Source: Acetobacterium carbinolicum (lineage in GTDB: Bacteria > Bacillota > Clostridia > Eubacteriales > Eubacteriaceae). Taken from it: a stretch of 24,000 nt of DNA. Made by a program: the position numbers and the translations under genes. The stretch covers positions 2,617,105 to 2,641,104 of the forward strand of contig NZ_CP173357.1 of the NCBI RefSeq assembly GCF_047456275.1, in the 5' to 3' direction. The notes under the pieces are model-generated. The model was not told where the DNA came from, ran no database searches, and saw only the letters and a program-made list of their open reading frames with translations. Shown here piece by piece: positions 8,593 through 17,606 of this stretch. Within the stretch, counting starts at the first letter, position 1. Each line of letters opens with the position of its first letter.

Positions 8593-9625
8593 TCCCCAAA
8601 CCAACGGCGGCCAGTATTTAGAAGACCTGGCCACCGCCTACTGGGTTTCCGATGCGCTGTTCACCGCTTTGGAAATGGATCTTTTTCAAACCATCGATGA
8701 TTTCGGGATCCGCGGTGCCAGTCTCTTAGAACTCGCCCCAAAACTGGGTGCCAACGAAAGCGCCCTGGAACGTTACCTGGCACTTCTAAACAGTCTTGGT
8801 CTAGTAGGATGCTACCAAAATGTTTATTATAACCAATTGATTACCAAAGAATATTTACTAATAGCGAGTCCGCTTTATCAGGGCGACTCGCTGCTGTGGC
8901 GTAAAAATCTTACTGATGACTGGAATACGCTTAAAGCTTCGCTGACTGCTGGTGGTCGGGTCAACTTTCTGCCGGCGGATATCAGCGAAGATGAACTTAA
9001 CCTGCGCCGGGCTAAATACATCAAAGCCATGGACAACGTGGCCAAGTTAAAAGCCCGCGACTGCACCACCTTTTTTACCGAACTCAGCGGTGATATTCTG
9101 GATGTGGGAACCGGCTCCGGAGCTATGGCACTGGCCTTTTTAGAAGCCTTTCCGGGCACTCGTGCCACCCTGCTCGACATTGTGCAGATGCTTCCTCAAA
9201 CTCAAAAACTTGTCGATGCCACCGCCTACGCAGATCGGGTTAACTACCACCCCGCTAATATTCTGGAACCACAATGGGGTCTTGCCAAAAAATATCGGTT
9301 GATCATTCTTTCTAATATTATTCACGCCTACGCCGAGTCGGAAAACGAACAGGTTTTAAAAACCGCAGCCAGCCATTTGAGTGATGATGGCATCATCCTG
9401 ATCCATGATTTTTTTAATGAGCATGACCCGGTCAAGGCTCACCTGACCGATATCAATATGTTTTTAAACACCTACAATGGCAAAGTTTTTTCCGGAGCCT
9501 GGGTAATTGCCGAGCTTAAAAAAAATGATCTACTCACCTCATCGCTGATTCCTCTGGCCACCGACACCGCCCTGATCTTTGCCGCCCGAAGCCAGATGGC
9601 ACTGGATACCATTTATTTCAAATAA
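8573..9625 (+). CDS. bzaC: SAM-dependent O-methyltransferase BzaC (5-hydroxybenzimidazole methylation)
   Basis: 350 aa; SAM motif ILDVGTGSGAMALAFLEAFPGTRATLLDIV and IILIHDFFNEHDPVKAH of the winged-helix O-methyltransferase family; start overlaps the cobT 3' end by 20 nt; GCAGGAG RBS. Confidence 0.9.
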   Translation: MVMNGYDPQTNGGQYLEDLATAYWVSDALFTALEMDLFQTIDDFGIRGASLLELAPKLGANESALERYLALLNSLGLVGCYQNVYYNQLITKEYLLIASPLYQGDSLLWRKNLTDDWNTLKASLTAGGRVNFLPADISEDELNLRRAKYIKAMDNVAKLKARDCTTFFTELSGDILDVGTGSGAMALAFLEAFPGTRATLLDIVQMLPQTQKLVDATAYADRVNYHPANILEPQWGLAKKYRLIILSNIIHAYAESENEQVLKTAASHLSDDGIILIHDFFNEHDPVKAHLTDINMFLNTYNGKVFSGAWVIAELKKNDLLTSSLIPLATDTALIFAARSQMALDTIYFK

Positions 9626-9656
9626 TTATTATCGTTAACCAAATCAAGGAGAAACC

Positions 9657-10985
9657 ATGAAAATACTTTTCATCCAAGCCCTCTCAATGGAGGGTATCGA
9701 CATCGAGCGGGTTTATCCCATTGGGATCGTCGTGCTGGCATCTCAGGTCGAGCGGCAAACCAATCATGATCTGCAGCTTTTTGACATGAATATGGCCATC
9801 GATCCCTATGGCGATTTACGCTTACAACTGGATACCTATCAGCCGGACGTGGTCTGTCTGTCGCTACGAAATATTGATCCTTTGGGTAATAAAACCTCGT
9901 CGTTGATTCCCGGCTTTGCCGTTACCCTGGCTTTTATTAAACGCTACGCGGCTGATACCAAAATCTTAGTCGGTGGAACCGGTTTTTCGCTATTCCCGGA
10001 ACGGCTGATGCGCGAATATCCGGAAATTGACTTCGGCGTGACCGGCGAGGCCGAAAAAATCATTGTGCCACTACTGGAAAATCTCAATAACCCGCCCCAC
10101 CTCCCAGGGCTCTGCTACCGCGAAAACAAAGCGGTCTTGATCGTCCCACCGGTGGGTGATTATGATATGCTGGATTACGTGATGCCCAACCGCGATCTGC
10201 TTGATCCCCGCCCCTACCTCACCGTTAATAAATATGTGGAAAGTATTGGCGTGGAAACCAAACGGGGCTGCTGTTTTAGCTGCGGCTACTGTTCCTATCC
10301 GCTCCTGCAGGGCTCTAAAATGCGTTGCCGCACCCCTGAAGCGGTGGTCGATGAAATCCAGTTTCTCTACGAAACATACGGTGTCACCCGGATCCACTTC
10401 ACCGATTCGGTGGTCAATATTCCGGTGGATCACCTCGATACAATCTGCGCTGAAATCATCCGGCGAGGTTTAAAAATTAACTGGAGCGGTTTTTTTCGCG
10501 AAAACCTGTTAACCGAAGAAAACGTCGCCCTCTATACCCAATCCGGCTGCGAATGCTTTTCCCTGTCCCCCGACGGCCTGAGCCAAACGGCCCTGGATGC
10601 CATGGATAAGCATATGCGTGTCCAGGATATCCTCAACACTGCTCAGGTGTTGGCAGGCAGCGGTGTGGTCACAGTTTATCACTTCCTCGTCAATACCCCC
10701 GGGGATACCGCCGCAACCCAGCAGCAAGCCAGGGACCTCATCGATGCGATTTACGAGATCCATCACGCTTCCAAAACCCTGGGTACCATTGTACTCAATA
10801 ATATCCGTATTTTACCGGGCACCAAGGTAGAACAACAGGCTCTGGCAAACGGGGTGATCACCCCGGAAACCGATCTGCTCTACCCCACCTACTATAACCC
10901 GGCGCCCTTTGACCGGGTCCGCTATGATCTGGAAATCTATCATACCAAAAAAAATATCTTTATGTGGCAGGAGGTCACCTCATGA
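9657..10985 (+). CDS. bzaD: B12-binding-domain-type radical SAM methyltransferase BzaD
   Basis: 442 aa; radical SAM motif CCFSCGYC (CX3CX2C) in TKRGCCFSCGYCSYP; N-terminal B12-binding-like fold; AAGGAG RBS; operon position. Confidence 0.9.
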   Translation: MKILFIQALSMEGIDIERVYPIGIVVLASQVERQTNHDLQLFDMNMAIDPYGDLRLQLDTYQPDVVCLSLRNIDPLGNKTSSLIPGFAVTLAFIKRYAADTKILVGGTGFSLFPERLMREYPEIDFGVTGEAEKIIVPLLENLNNPPHLPGLCYRENKAVLIVPPVGDYDMLDYVMPNRDLLDPRPYLTVNKYVESIGVETKRGCCFSCGYCSYPLLQGSKMRCRTPEAVVDEIQFLYETYGVTRIHFTDSVVNIPVDHLDTICAEIIRRGLKINWSGFFRENLLTEENVALYTQSGCECFSLSPDGLSQTALDAMDKHMRVQDILNTAQVLAGSGVVTVYHFLVNTPGDTAATQQQARDLIDAIYEIHHASKTLGTIVLNNIRILPGTKVEQQALANGVITPETDLLYPTYYNPAPFDRVRYDLEIYHTKKNIFMWQEVTS

Positions 10986-12466
10986 ATGTCATTCTTTTAG
11001 AACATCCCCGCTCCTACGGCGACGACCGCTGTAACGATATTGCCAACGCCCCCCTTTCAGCCTGCTTGAACACCGGCTATATTGGCGGCATGCTGGCCGC
11101 CAACAACATTGATGTGACAATTGTGGACGGCTATCTGGAACAGCTGGATTATCCGGCCATTGAAGAGCAAATAGCAACGCTAACGCCCACGATTTTAGGG
11201 ATTCACCTGGTTTATCACTGGGAGGACAACAAAACCCTTTATCAGTTTATTAAGCACATCAAACAAACCTATGGCATTGCTTATGTCTGCGTTTATGGTT
11301 TTTACCCCACCTTTGCCTATGAAGAAATTCTTAACCGCTGTCCGGCCATTGACTCAGCCCTGTTAGGCGAAGCTGAACTGACTTTCTTGACGCTGGCCGA
11401 AAATTTCCCCACCGTTCCCCAGTCGGGAATCGCCACACGCACCACTAATGGCATTGTCGCGACCCGAGGCGAGGTTGTTACGGATGTGGATTCATTGCCC
11501 TTTCCTCTGCGCAGCACCAGCTCCTATTCTTTTGGCGAGGTCAATATTTCCGGTAGCCGGGGCTGTTACGGTGGCTGTACTTTTTGTTATATCAACCCCT
11601 ACTACGGCGATACAAAACGGAAATGGCGGGGCCGAAGTCCGGAGAACATTATCACCGAAATCGATACAATAATGAAGCAAACCGATATCCGCTACTTTTA
11701 TTTTATGGACCCCAACTTCTACGGTCCCGGTCGCGCTGGAAAAGAGCGGGTCCTAAAACTGGCCCATCTTTTAAAAGAACGCCACATCCACTTTGGCATT
11801 GAAGCGCGGGCCAACGATATCGAAGAAGAAACCATCAAAGCCCTGACTGACGCCGGTCTTAAACACATTTTAATCGGTCTGGAAAGCGGCCTTGATGAAG
11901 CGCTGAAACGGCTTAATAAGCTGACCACCGTGGCTGATAATGAACAGGCTCTGGAAATCCTCCGGAAATACGGCATCGAACCCAGCGTCGGTTTTATTAT
12001 GTTTGAACCGGACTCGACCCTGAAAGATCTGAAAGTCAACTACGATTTTTTAAAACGAAACGCTCTACTGGATAAGCTGGAAATCAGCGTTAATGTACTC
12101 TATCATCATATGATTATTCTTAAGGGTAGCTCCTCCTACAAAGCCCTCCAGGATCAGGGGCGGCTAAATATTTCCCCTCACTCCACCTATGAGGCAGATA
12201 CTGATTATCTTAACCCAAGGGTGGCGATGTTAGCCGGGATGATGAGAGACATGACTAATCATATTTTTTCCTATATGAAAGATACCTGGGAACTGAGCTT
12301 TAAGAAAGATCCGGTAATTCTGGAAAAATATCGTCTGATCAATCAGCTGCTGATTCAATCCTTTGAAGATTATCTTTACTTACTAAAAAACAGAGAAATC
12401 ACTATTGATCAACGAAACAGTTTTGTGGATACCTTTAATCATACCGTTGATGGAATTATGGCATAA
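10982..12466 (+). CDS. bzaE: B12-binding-domain-type radical SAM methyltransferase BzaE
   Basis: Radical SAM motif GCYGGCTFCYI; likely ATG at 10982 overlapping the bzaD stop (ATGA), with GCAGGAGGT upstream. The listed ORF start at 10964 is probably too early. Confidence 0.9.
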   Translation: MNVILLEHPRSYGDDRCNDIANAPLSACLNTGYIGGMLAANNIDVTIVDGYLEQLDYPAIEEQIATLTPTILGIHLVYHWEDNKTLYQFIKHIKQTYGIAYVCVYGFYPTFAYEEILNRCPAIDSALLGEAELTFLTLAENFPTVPQSGIATRTTNGIVATRGEVVTDVDSLPFPLRSTSSYSFGEVNISGSRGCYGGCTFCYINPYYGDTKRKWRGRSPENIITEIDTIMKQTDIRYFYFMDPNFYGPGRAGKERVLKLAHLLKERHIHFGIEARANDIEEETIKALTDAGLKHILIGLESGLDEALKRLNKLTTVADNEQALEILRKYGIEPSVGFIMFEPDSTLKDLKVNYDFLKRNALLDKLEISVNVLYHHMIILKGSSSYKALQDQGRLNISPHSTYEADTDYLNPRVAMLAGMMRDMTNHIFSYMKDTWELSFKKDPVILEKYRLINQLLIQSFEDYLYLLKNREITIDQRNSFVDTFNHTVDGIMA

Positions 12467-12471
12467 AAAAC

Positions 12472-12503
12472 GCCTAAAGGGAAATCCCTTTAGGCATTTT
12501 TTT
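12472..12503. terminator. Bidirectional intrinsic terminator between bzaE and the convergent CNNM-like gene
   Basis: GCCTAAAGGGAAATCCCTTTAGGC followed by ATTTTTTTAT; A-run on the 5' side gives a U-tract for minus-strand transcripts. Confidence 0.93.
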
Positions 12504-12511
12504 ATCTGATT

Positions 12512-13762
12512 TTATTCAGACTCAATTATTTCATTTCTAACAACATTTATCTCAATCACGTGACGTTCGTCCGACTTGGTAATGGTGAAGGTCAGATTTT
12601 CAAACTCAAAGGATTCACCCACATTGGGAACGCGATCCAGAAATTCAACAATCCAACCACCTACCGTGATCACGTCAAAATCATCATCCATATCAAAAAG
12701 ATCAAACATTTTTCCCAGATTTGCTTTTCCTAAAATCCGATATTCGTCTTTGGATATTTTTACAAATTCATCGATGACCTCATCATGTTCGTCCCAGATT
12801 TCACCAACCAGTTCTTCAATGACATCTTCAAGGGTGACAATACCAGCGGTTCCGCCATATTCGTCGGAAACGACAGCAATATGGCATTTTTTCTGCTGGA
12901 GCAGCGTTAGCAACTTGGAAATTTTCATATTTGGAGTGATAAAGACCACCGGGCTGATGATTTCTTCCAGACTGCTGTTGCCATTGGCCACATAATGGGT
13001 AAAATCCTTATAACTGATAAAACCGATAATCTGATCAATGGTCCCCTGATAAACTGGCAGCCGGGAAAAACCAGTTTCAAAAAACAACTTGGTAATATCC
13101 TCCTTGGGATTATCCACATCAATAGCGACCACATCCACCCGATGGGTCAGGATATCATCCACATCCAGGTCATTGAACTCGATCGCACTGCGAATCAATT
13201 CTCCATCCTGAAGATCGATGCCACCATCATTTTCTGCTTCTTCCACAATGGTCAGCAGTTCTTCTTCGGTCATGCTGCGTTCATCATTAACCTTAAACAA
13301 TTTATCAAGCATTTTTTTCCATAACATAAATAAAAAGTTCACTGGTGTTAATATAAACATCAGAAACCGAATAAAAGGAGCCGCAAACATGGCAAAACTT
13401 TCAGGTGAATCTTTAGCCAGACTTTTAGGTGAAATTTCACCAAAAATAAGTACCAGTACGGTCATCACCGCCGTTGAAATGGTCACTCCGGCATTGCCGA
13501 AATAGCGAACAAAAACCACCGTAGCAATTGATGCTGAAGCAATGTTGACAATATTATTCCCGATCAGAATTGTCGATAATAAAACGTCAAATCGATCAGA
13601 AAGTGCCAAAACCTGAGCCGCTCTTTTGTTTCCGTCTTTGGCCAAATTTTTTATGCGAATACGATTAATGGAGGTAAAAGCCGTTTCCGTCGCCGAAAAA
13701 TATGCTGACATCAGCAGCATCACCACTAGAACTGCAATAAAACCTATAACACTACTGTCCAT
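12512..13762 (-). CDS. CNNM/CorC/hemolysin-C-like transporter-associated protein (DUF21, CBS pair, C-terminal CorC/HlyC domain)
   Basis: 416 aa; FSATETAFTSINRIRIKNLA, DILTHRVDVVAID, GFSRLPVYQGTIDQIIGFISYKDF and VVSDEYGGTAGIVTLEDVIEELVGEIWDEHDE. Confidence 0.92.
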   Translation of the reverse strand: MDSSVIGFIAVLVVMLLMSAYFSATETAFTSINRIRIKNLAKDGNKRAAQVLALSDRFDVLLSTILIGNNIVNIASASIATVVFVRYFGNAGVTISTAVMTVLVLIFGEISPKSLAKDSPESFAMFAAPFIRFLMFILTPVNFLFMLWKKMLDKLFKVNDERSMTEEELLTIVEEAENDGGIDLQDGELIRSAIEFNDLDVDDILTHRVDVVAIDVDNPKEDITKLFFETGFSRLPVYQGTIDQIIGFISYKDFTHYVANGNSSLEEIISPVVFITPNMKISKLLTLLQQKKCHIAVVSDEYGGTAGIVTLEDVIEELVGEIWDEHDEVIDEFVKISKDEYRILGKANLGKMFDLFDMDDDFDVITVGGWIVEFLDRVPNVGESFEFENLTFTITKSDERHVIEINVVRNEIIESE

Positions 13763-13765
13763 TGA

Positions 13766-13861
13766 CTAAGATTCCTCCCAGTAAACAGATTCGTCAGTGG
13801 TCACGCTCTCCGATTTGATAAGTTGTGTCATTTTTGTCTCAGATAATGGTACGTCGTCCAA
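13766..13861 (-). CDS. Candidate 31-aa leader peptide/uORF upstream of the CNNM-like gene
   Basis: TTG start after AGAGGAATAGAA; translates as MDDVPLSETKMTQLIKSESVTTDESVYWEES*; stop is 3 nt before and in frame with the downstream ATG. Too short for the ORF track. Confidence 0.3.
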   Translation of the reverse strand: MDDVPLSETKMTQLIKSESVTTDESVYWEES

Positions 13862-13938
13862 TTCTATTCCTCTTTCAAATATTATTTGTCACTATGATAT
13901 CATATTTTTAGTTACAATTCCATAATATCTGATAAATT

Positions 13939-15120
13939 TTACCTAATTGGCGAATCTTTAAACTTTTTTAATTTTTCGTAATGGTTGAGAATAATCATAA
14001 ACAGCAGATTGTCGTGACCATTACACTTGAGGGAAAAACCAAGGCATTCTTCCATTTTATTTTTTCTGAAAATAACCGTATTTTTGTGGACAAATAAATC
14101 TTCGGCCACCTGTTCAAAGTGAAAATGATAATCAAATATTTTGCGCATCGTAATCATCGCTTCTTCGGTGCCTTTGCCGAAATATTTCTGAATTTTTTGA
14201 ATATAGGGTTCAATAACCAGGGTATAGGCTTCTTTGTCCAGTTGATTATAAAGACGCCATAAATAATGGTGATGAGAGAAATACACAGGTTGATTTTTCT
14301 TATAAATGCCGCTGCGATACATACCATAGGCTTCACCATAGGATTTCACGTAGCCCTTGACGCCCAGATAATAACCGCCCACAAAACATTGCATATTTTT
14401 AGCATCCGCAGCATTTTTCATAACGTCCAGATAGGTACTAATGGTCTTTTCTACCTCCCAGGGTTCTGTTCTCTTGAGCGTTTTGAAAACTAAAATAAAA
14501 CCGCCGGACATCACCGACGAAATATCGTCTTTTAAATGACTGTCTGACAGCTTAATCTGGTTGAGGATTTTTTCAAGCTTTCCTTTTTCAGACGTTTTAT
14601 GATCAATCCCAAAACTTAAAATTACCGCCACTCGACAACTTTCCATACTATAGCCGATGCGCTCGCCCCAATCCGCAATTTCTTCTTCACTGATGCTTTG
14701 CTGATCACTGATCAAAGTGTTTAAAAAGATTTCTTTATCGTTGCGATGGGAATAGAAGCGGTTCATCGTTTCTTGCTGTTCAATGATCAATTCTGCGGTC
14801 ATCTTCACCAGTTTCCCAATGTTTCGGACCTCATCCGGGTCTCCAGTTATTCCAACGACGCCAATGACTTCTCCACCTTTATCCACAATAGGCAAATTAA
14901 TCCCCGGCTTCACACCCCGAAGTTCTTTTGATTGTGTATCAGTCACTTCACAGGTAATCCCGTTTTGAATGGCAAACATGGCTGTTTCATGGAAGCTTCC
15001 AAGTCTGTCCGGCGAACCACTCCCAATTATAATTGCATTTTTATTCATAACATTGATGTTATAACCAAGGGTGTTCATAACTTCATCGGCAATTTTTTGG
15101 GCAATTTTCTTATCCAGCAT
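13939..15120 (-). CDS. CdaR/sugar-diacid-recognition family transcriptional regulator
   Basis: 393 aa; N-terminal GSGSPDRLGSFHETA...LPIVDKGGEVIGVVGITGDPDEVRNIGKLVKM and C-terminal RKIFDYHFHFEQVAEDLFVHKNTVIFRKNKMEE; adjacent to glycerate kinase. Confidence 0.88.
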   Translation of the reverse strand: MLDKKIAQKIADEVMNTLGYNINVMNKNAIIIGSGSPDRLGSFHETAMFAIQNGITCEVTDTQSKELRGVKPGINLPIVDKGGEVIGVVGITGDPDEVRNIGKLVKMTAELIIEQQETMNRFYSHRNDKEIFLNTLISDQQSISEEEIADWGERIGYSMESCRVAVILSFGIDHKTSEKGKLEKILNQIKLSDSHLKDDISSVMSGGFILVFKTLKRTEPWEVEKTISTYLDVMKNAADAKNMQCFVGGYYLGVKGYVKSYGEAYGMYRSGIYKKNQPVYFSHHHYLWRLYNQLDKEAYTLVIEPYIQKIQKYFGKGTEEAMITMRKIFDYHFHFEQVAEDLFVHKNTVIFRKNKMEECLGFSLKCNGHDNLLFMIILNHYEKLKKFKDSPIR

Positions 15121-15138
15121 CGCCCCACTCCTTTTATT

Positions 15139-16290
15139 CTATCTCATATTTTGCGGAAGCATGCATACAATTGCCAGAAAACGAAAAAGGTTATCGATCG
15201 TTTTCGCCAATAACTGGGGCGCATTTTGCATATGCCAGACCAACCCGCGATCGTTACTAAAGATGGCAAAGGCGGCCACCACCCCACAATTGTAAATCGC
15301 TTCATAACCATCATCTAACGCTCCTGAGATCACTACCACCGGAATATTTAGATTTTTTCCCCGTTTTCCAACGCCGGAAATCACCTTGCCCATCACACTT
15401 TGGGCATCGGTTTTCCCTTCTCCGGTAATGATCATATCGGCTCCGTCAATTGCCGCTTCAAAACCAATTTCATCCAGAACAATATCCAATCCGGATTTCA
15501 ACTGGCTTTTAAATAAAGCCACCAATGGTAATGCCATACCGCCAGCGGCGCCAATTCCTTTTAGCTTGACCAATTTCCTGGCTGTTCTTTTCTCAAGAAG
15601 TTGTCCAAACATACTGAGTCCCTGATCCAGAAACATCACCATCTCGCTGTTGGCACCTTTTTGAGGACCATAGATTGCCGCCGCCCCTTGAACGCCACAA
15701 AGAACATTATCAACATCACAAGCAATGACTATTTCCACCTCTTGCAATGCGGGCTTAACCTGGCTGGTATCAATTGTCCTCACCCGGCTTAAATTTTCGC
15801 CGACAGGGGCCAACAATTCCATATTTTGATCATAAAACCGGACCCCCAAAGCATTGGCAACTCCCAGACCGCCATCATTGGTCGCGCTGCCCCCTAAACC
15901 AAGGATAATTTTGTGGCAACCCCGCCTGATTGCATCCGCAATCATTTCCCCGGTACCATAGGTACTTGTTTTTAGCGGATTGCGTTCATCATCTGCTAAA
16001 AGCGGCAAGCCGGAAGCAGCCGACATTTCAATAACCGCTACTTCACCGTTTAAAATGCCGTAGATTGCGGTTATTTCTCTGAATAAAGGGTCTTTCGTTT
16101 TGATTTTTATGATCTCACCAGATTGATGCCTGACCAGTGCCTCTACCAGACCTTCTCCTCCATCCGAAACGGGAATTTTTACGATCTTAGCTGTCGGCAT
16201 AATTTTAAGAATTGAACCTTCAACGATATCACAAACCTCAGTAGCTGACATGGATCCTTTAAAAGAGTCCGGAGCAATCACTATTTTCAT
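15139..16290 (-). CDS. Glycerate kinase (GarK/GlxK family)
   Basis: 383 aa; MKIVIAPDSFKGSMSATEVCDIVEGSILK, VSDGGEGLVEAL, LGLGGSATNDGG and GADMIITGEGKTDAQSVMGKV. Confidence 0.95.
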   Translation of the reverse strand: MKIVIAPDSFKGSMSATEVCDIVEGSILKIMPTAKIVKIPVSDGGEGLVEALVRHQSGEIIKIKTKDPLFREITAIYGILNGEVAVIEMSAASGLPLLADDERNPLKTSTYGTGEMIADAIRRGCHKIILGLGGSATNDGGLGVANALGVRFYDQNMELLAPVGENLSRVRTIDTSQVKPALQEVEIVIACDVDNVLCGVQGAAAIYGPQKGANSEMVMFLDQGLSMFGQLLEKRTARKLVKLKGIGAAGGMALPLVALFKSQLKSGLDIVLDEIGFEAAIDGADMIITGEGKTDAQSVMGKVISGVGKRGKNLNIPVVVISGALDDGYEAIYNCGVVAAFAIFSNDRGLVWHMQNAPQLLAKTIDNLFRFLAIVCMLPQNMR

Positions 16291-16325
16291 TTTGTGCTCT
16301 CCTCTAAATTATATTTTTTATGTCT

Positions 16326-16367
16326 CAAAAACAATAGCATGGGTAAACAGGAAAACCCATGCTATTG
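16326..16367 (-). terminator. Intrinsic terminator downstream of the hydrolase gene
   Basis: Perfect 13-bp stem CAATAGCATGGGT/ACCCATGCTATTG (16332-16344/16355-16367); minus strand continues TTTTTG. Confidence 0.85.
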
Positions 16368-16379
16368 CAGTTAATCATT

Positions 16380-17189
16380 TCAGGATTTGATAAAGTCAGC
16401 AACGACTTGATTAAATTTATCAGCTTCTTCCCAGAATAGCATATGACCGGAATTCTCAAAAAACTCCAGTTTTGCTTCTGGAATCTGCTCAGCAACATAG
16501 GCGCTGCCCTGCCAATCAAAGACAGCACTGTGTCGGGCCACGCAGACCAGGGTCGGAAGATTAATCAATGGCAACAAATCTCGCCAGTCCAGATTAGTGT
16601 GATCCCGCATGATTTCAATACGCACTTTCGGCGGACACTTTGATATCTCATCGGCGATAAATTTTACTTCTTCTGATGTCGGTTCATGATACAGGCAGCC
16701 AAAGGCCAAGCCTTCTGCACTTTCTCGCGGAGCATACTCAATGGCACAACAGGTTCTGATGAACATTTCCACATCATAACAGCCATTTTGTCCCCATACC
16801 CAATCTGGGCCAGTGTATTGGAGCGGTGCCTGATCAACACAAACCAGTTTGCCAACCCGATGATTGCCAAATAATTCCAGATAACTCCACAGTACGGCAA
16901 CCCCCATGGACCATCCCAGTACGGTGACATCTTCAACATCCAGTTGATCCAAAAGTTCTTTCACATCCATCGCATAACGAGAAATCCGGTGACTGTGTAA
17001 GACCTTTTCAGATTCACCATGCCCACGAAAATCCATTACTATTACCTGAAAATTTTCAGCCAGTACATCGCTGTTTTTTTTGAAAAACTGGGTTGTACAA
17101 GTCCATCCGGGAATCATTAGCAAAGGTTTTCCTTTGCCCTTTACCTCATAATATAATTCAACATGATCATTGGTAAAAAAAGTTGCCAT
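16380..17189 (-). CDS. Alpha/beta-fold hydrolase
   Basis: MATFFTNDHVELYYEVKGKGKPLLMIPGW...VMDFRGHGES...VTVLGWSMGVAVLW nucleophile elbow and ENSGHMLFWE His region. Start at 17189 preferred (GGGGGAAAGCT upstream); the listed ORF begins at 17240. Confidence 0.85.
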   Translation of the reverse strand: MATFFTNDHVELYYEVKGKGKPLLMIPGWTCTTQFFKKNSDVLAENFQVIVMDFRGHGESEKVLHSHRISRYAMDVKELLDQLDVEDVTVLGWSMGVAVLWSYLELFGNHRVGKLVCVDQAPLQYTGPDWVWGQNGCYDVEMFIRTCCAIEYAPRESAEGLAFGCLYHEPTSEEVKFIADEISKCPPKVRIEIMRDHTNLDWRDLLPLINLPTLVCVARHSAVFDWQGSAYVAEQIPEAKLEFFENSGHMLFWEEADKFNQVVADFIKS

Positions 17190-17350
17190 AGCTTTCCCCC
17201 TATTATTAATTAATACCTTGCCTGCTTCCCGCTTCGCCATCTAATCAAACCGCTACTCTTTTTCCGATCACTCAGAAACGATCAGCCTCATTCGATACCA
17301 AAGTACGATGTTTCTGTTTTCAAGCTTTATACAAAATACTATTGATTATT

Positions 17351-17378
17351 ATTATACCCAATCTGCAATAGTTTTCAA
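17351..17378 (-). promoter_or_regulatory. Promoter for the hydrolase gene
   Basis: Minus strand TTGAAA, 16-nt spacer, TATAAT. Confidence 0.55.
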
Positions 17379-17562
17379 TGGCATTTTAGCCAATTAATTT
17401 CATATTCATTAGACAATTATACAATAAGCACCTTCTTTCTTCGAACTTTTAAAATTATTGTTTAAATTTGCTACTGTTTTTTTTAAAACGAGGATTAAAC
17501 AAATTCCTTGTTCTGGAAAGTTTGACTATATCAAGAGCACCATATCTTTAAAAAAACCTAAT

Positions 17563-17602
17563 AAAAAAACAACCAATATTATTTACTACTGATTGTTTTT
17601 TT
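17563..17602 (-). terminator. Terminator downstream of the TelA-like gene
   Basis: AAAAAAACAACCA ... TGATTGTTTTTTT inverted repeat with one mismatch, immediately 3' of the stop codon; U-run on the minus strand. Confidence 0.7.
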
Positions 17603-17606
17603 ATTA

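Noticed and set aside
10071-10473. 120-aa minus and 90-aa plus ORFs within bzaD
   Set aside because: Both lie inside the conserved radical SAM coding region in alternative frames.
12576-13505. ORFs of 139, 109 and 95 aa on the + strand opposite the CNNM-like gene
   Set aside because: Antisense to a complete conserved CDS with CBS and CorC domain motifs; no independent evidence.
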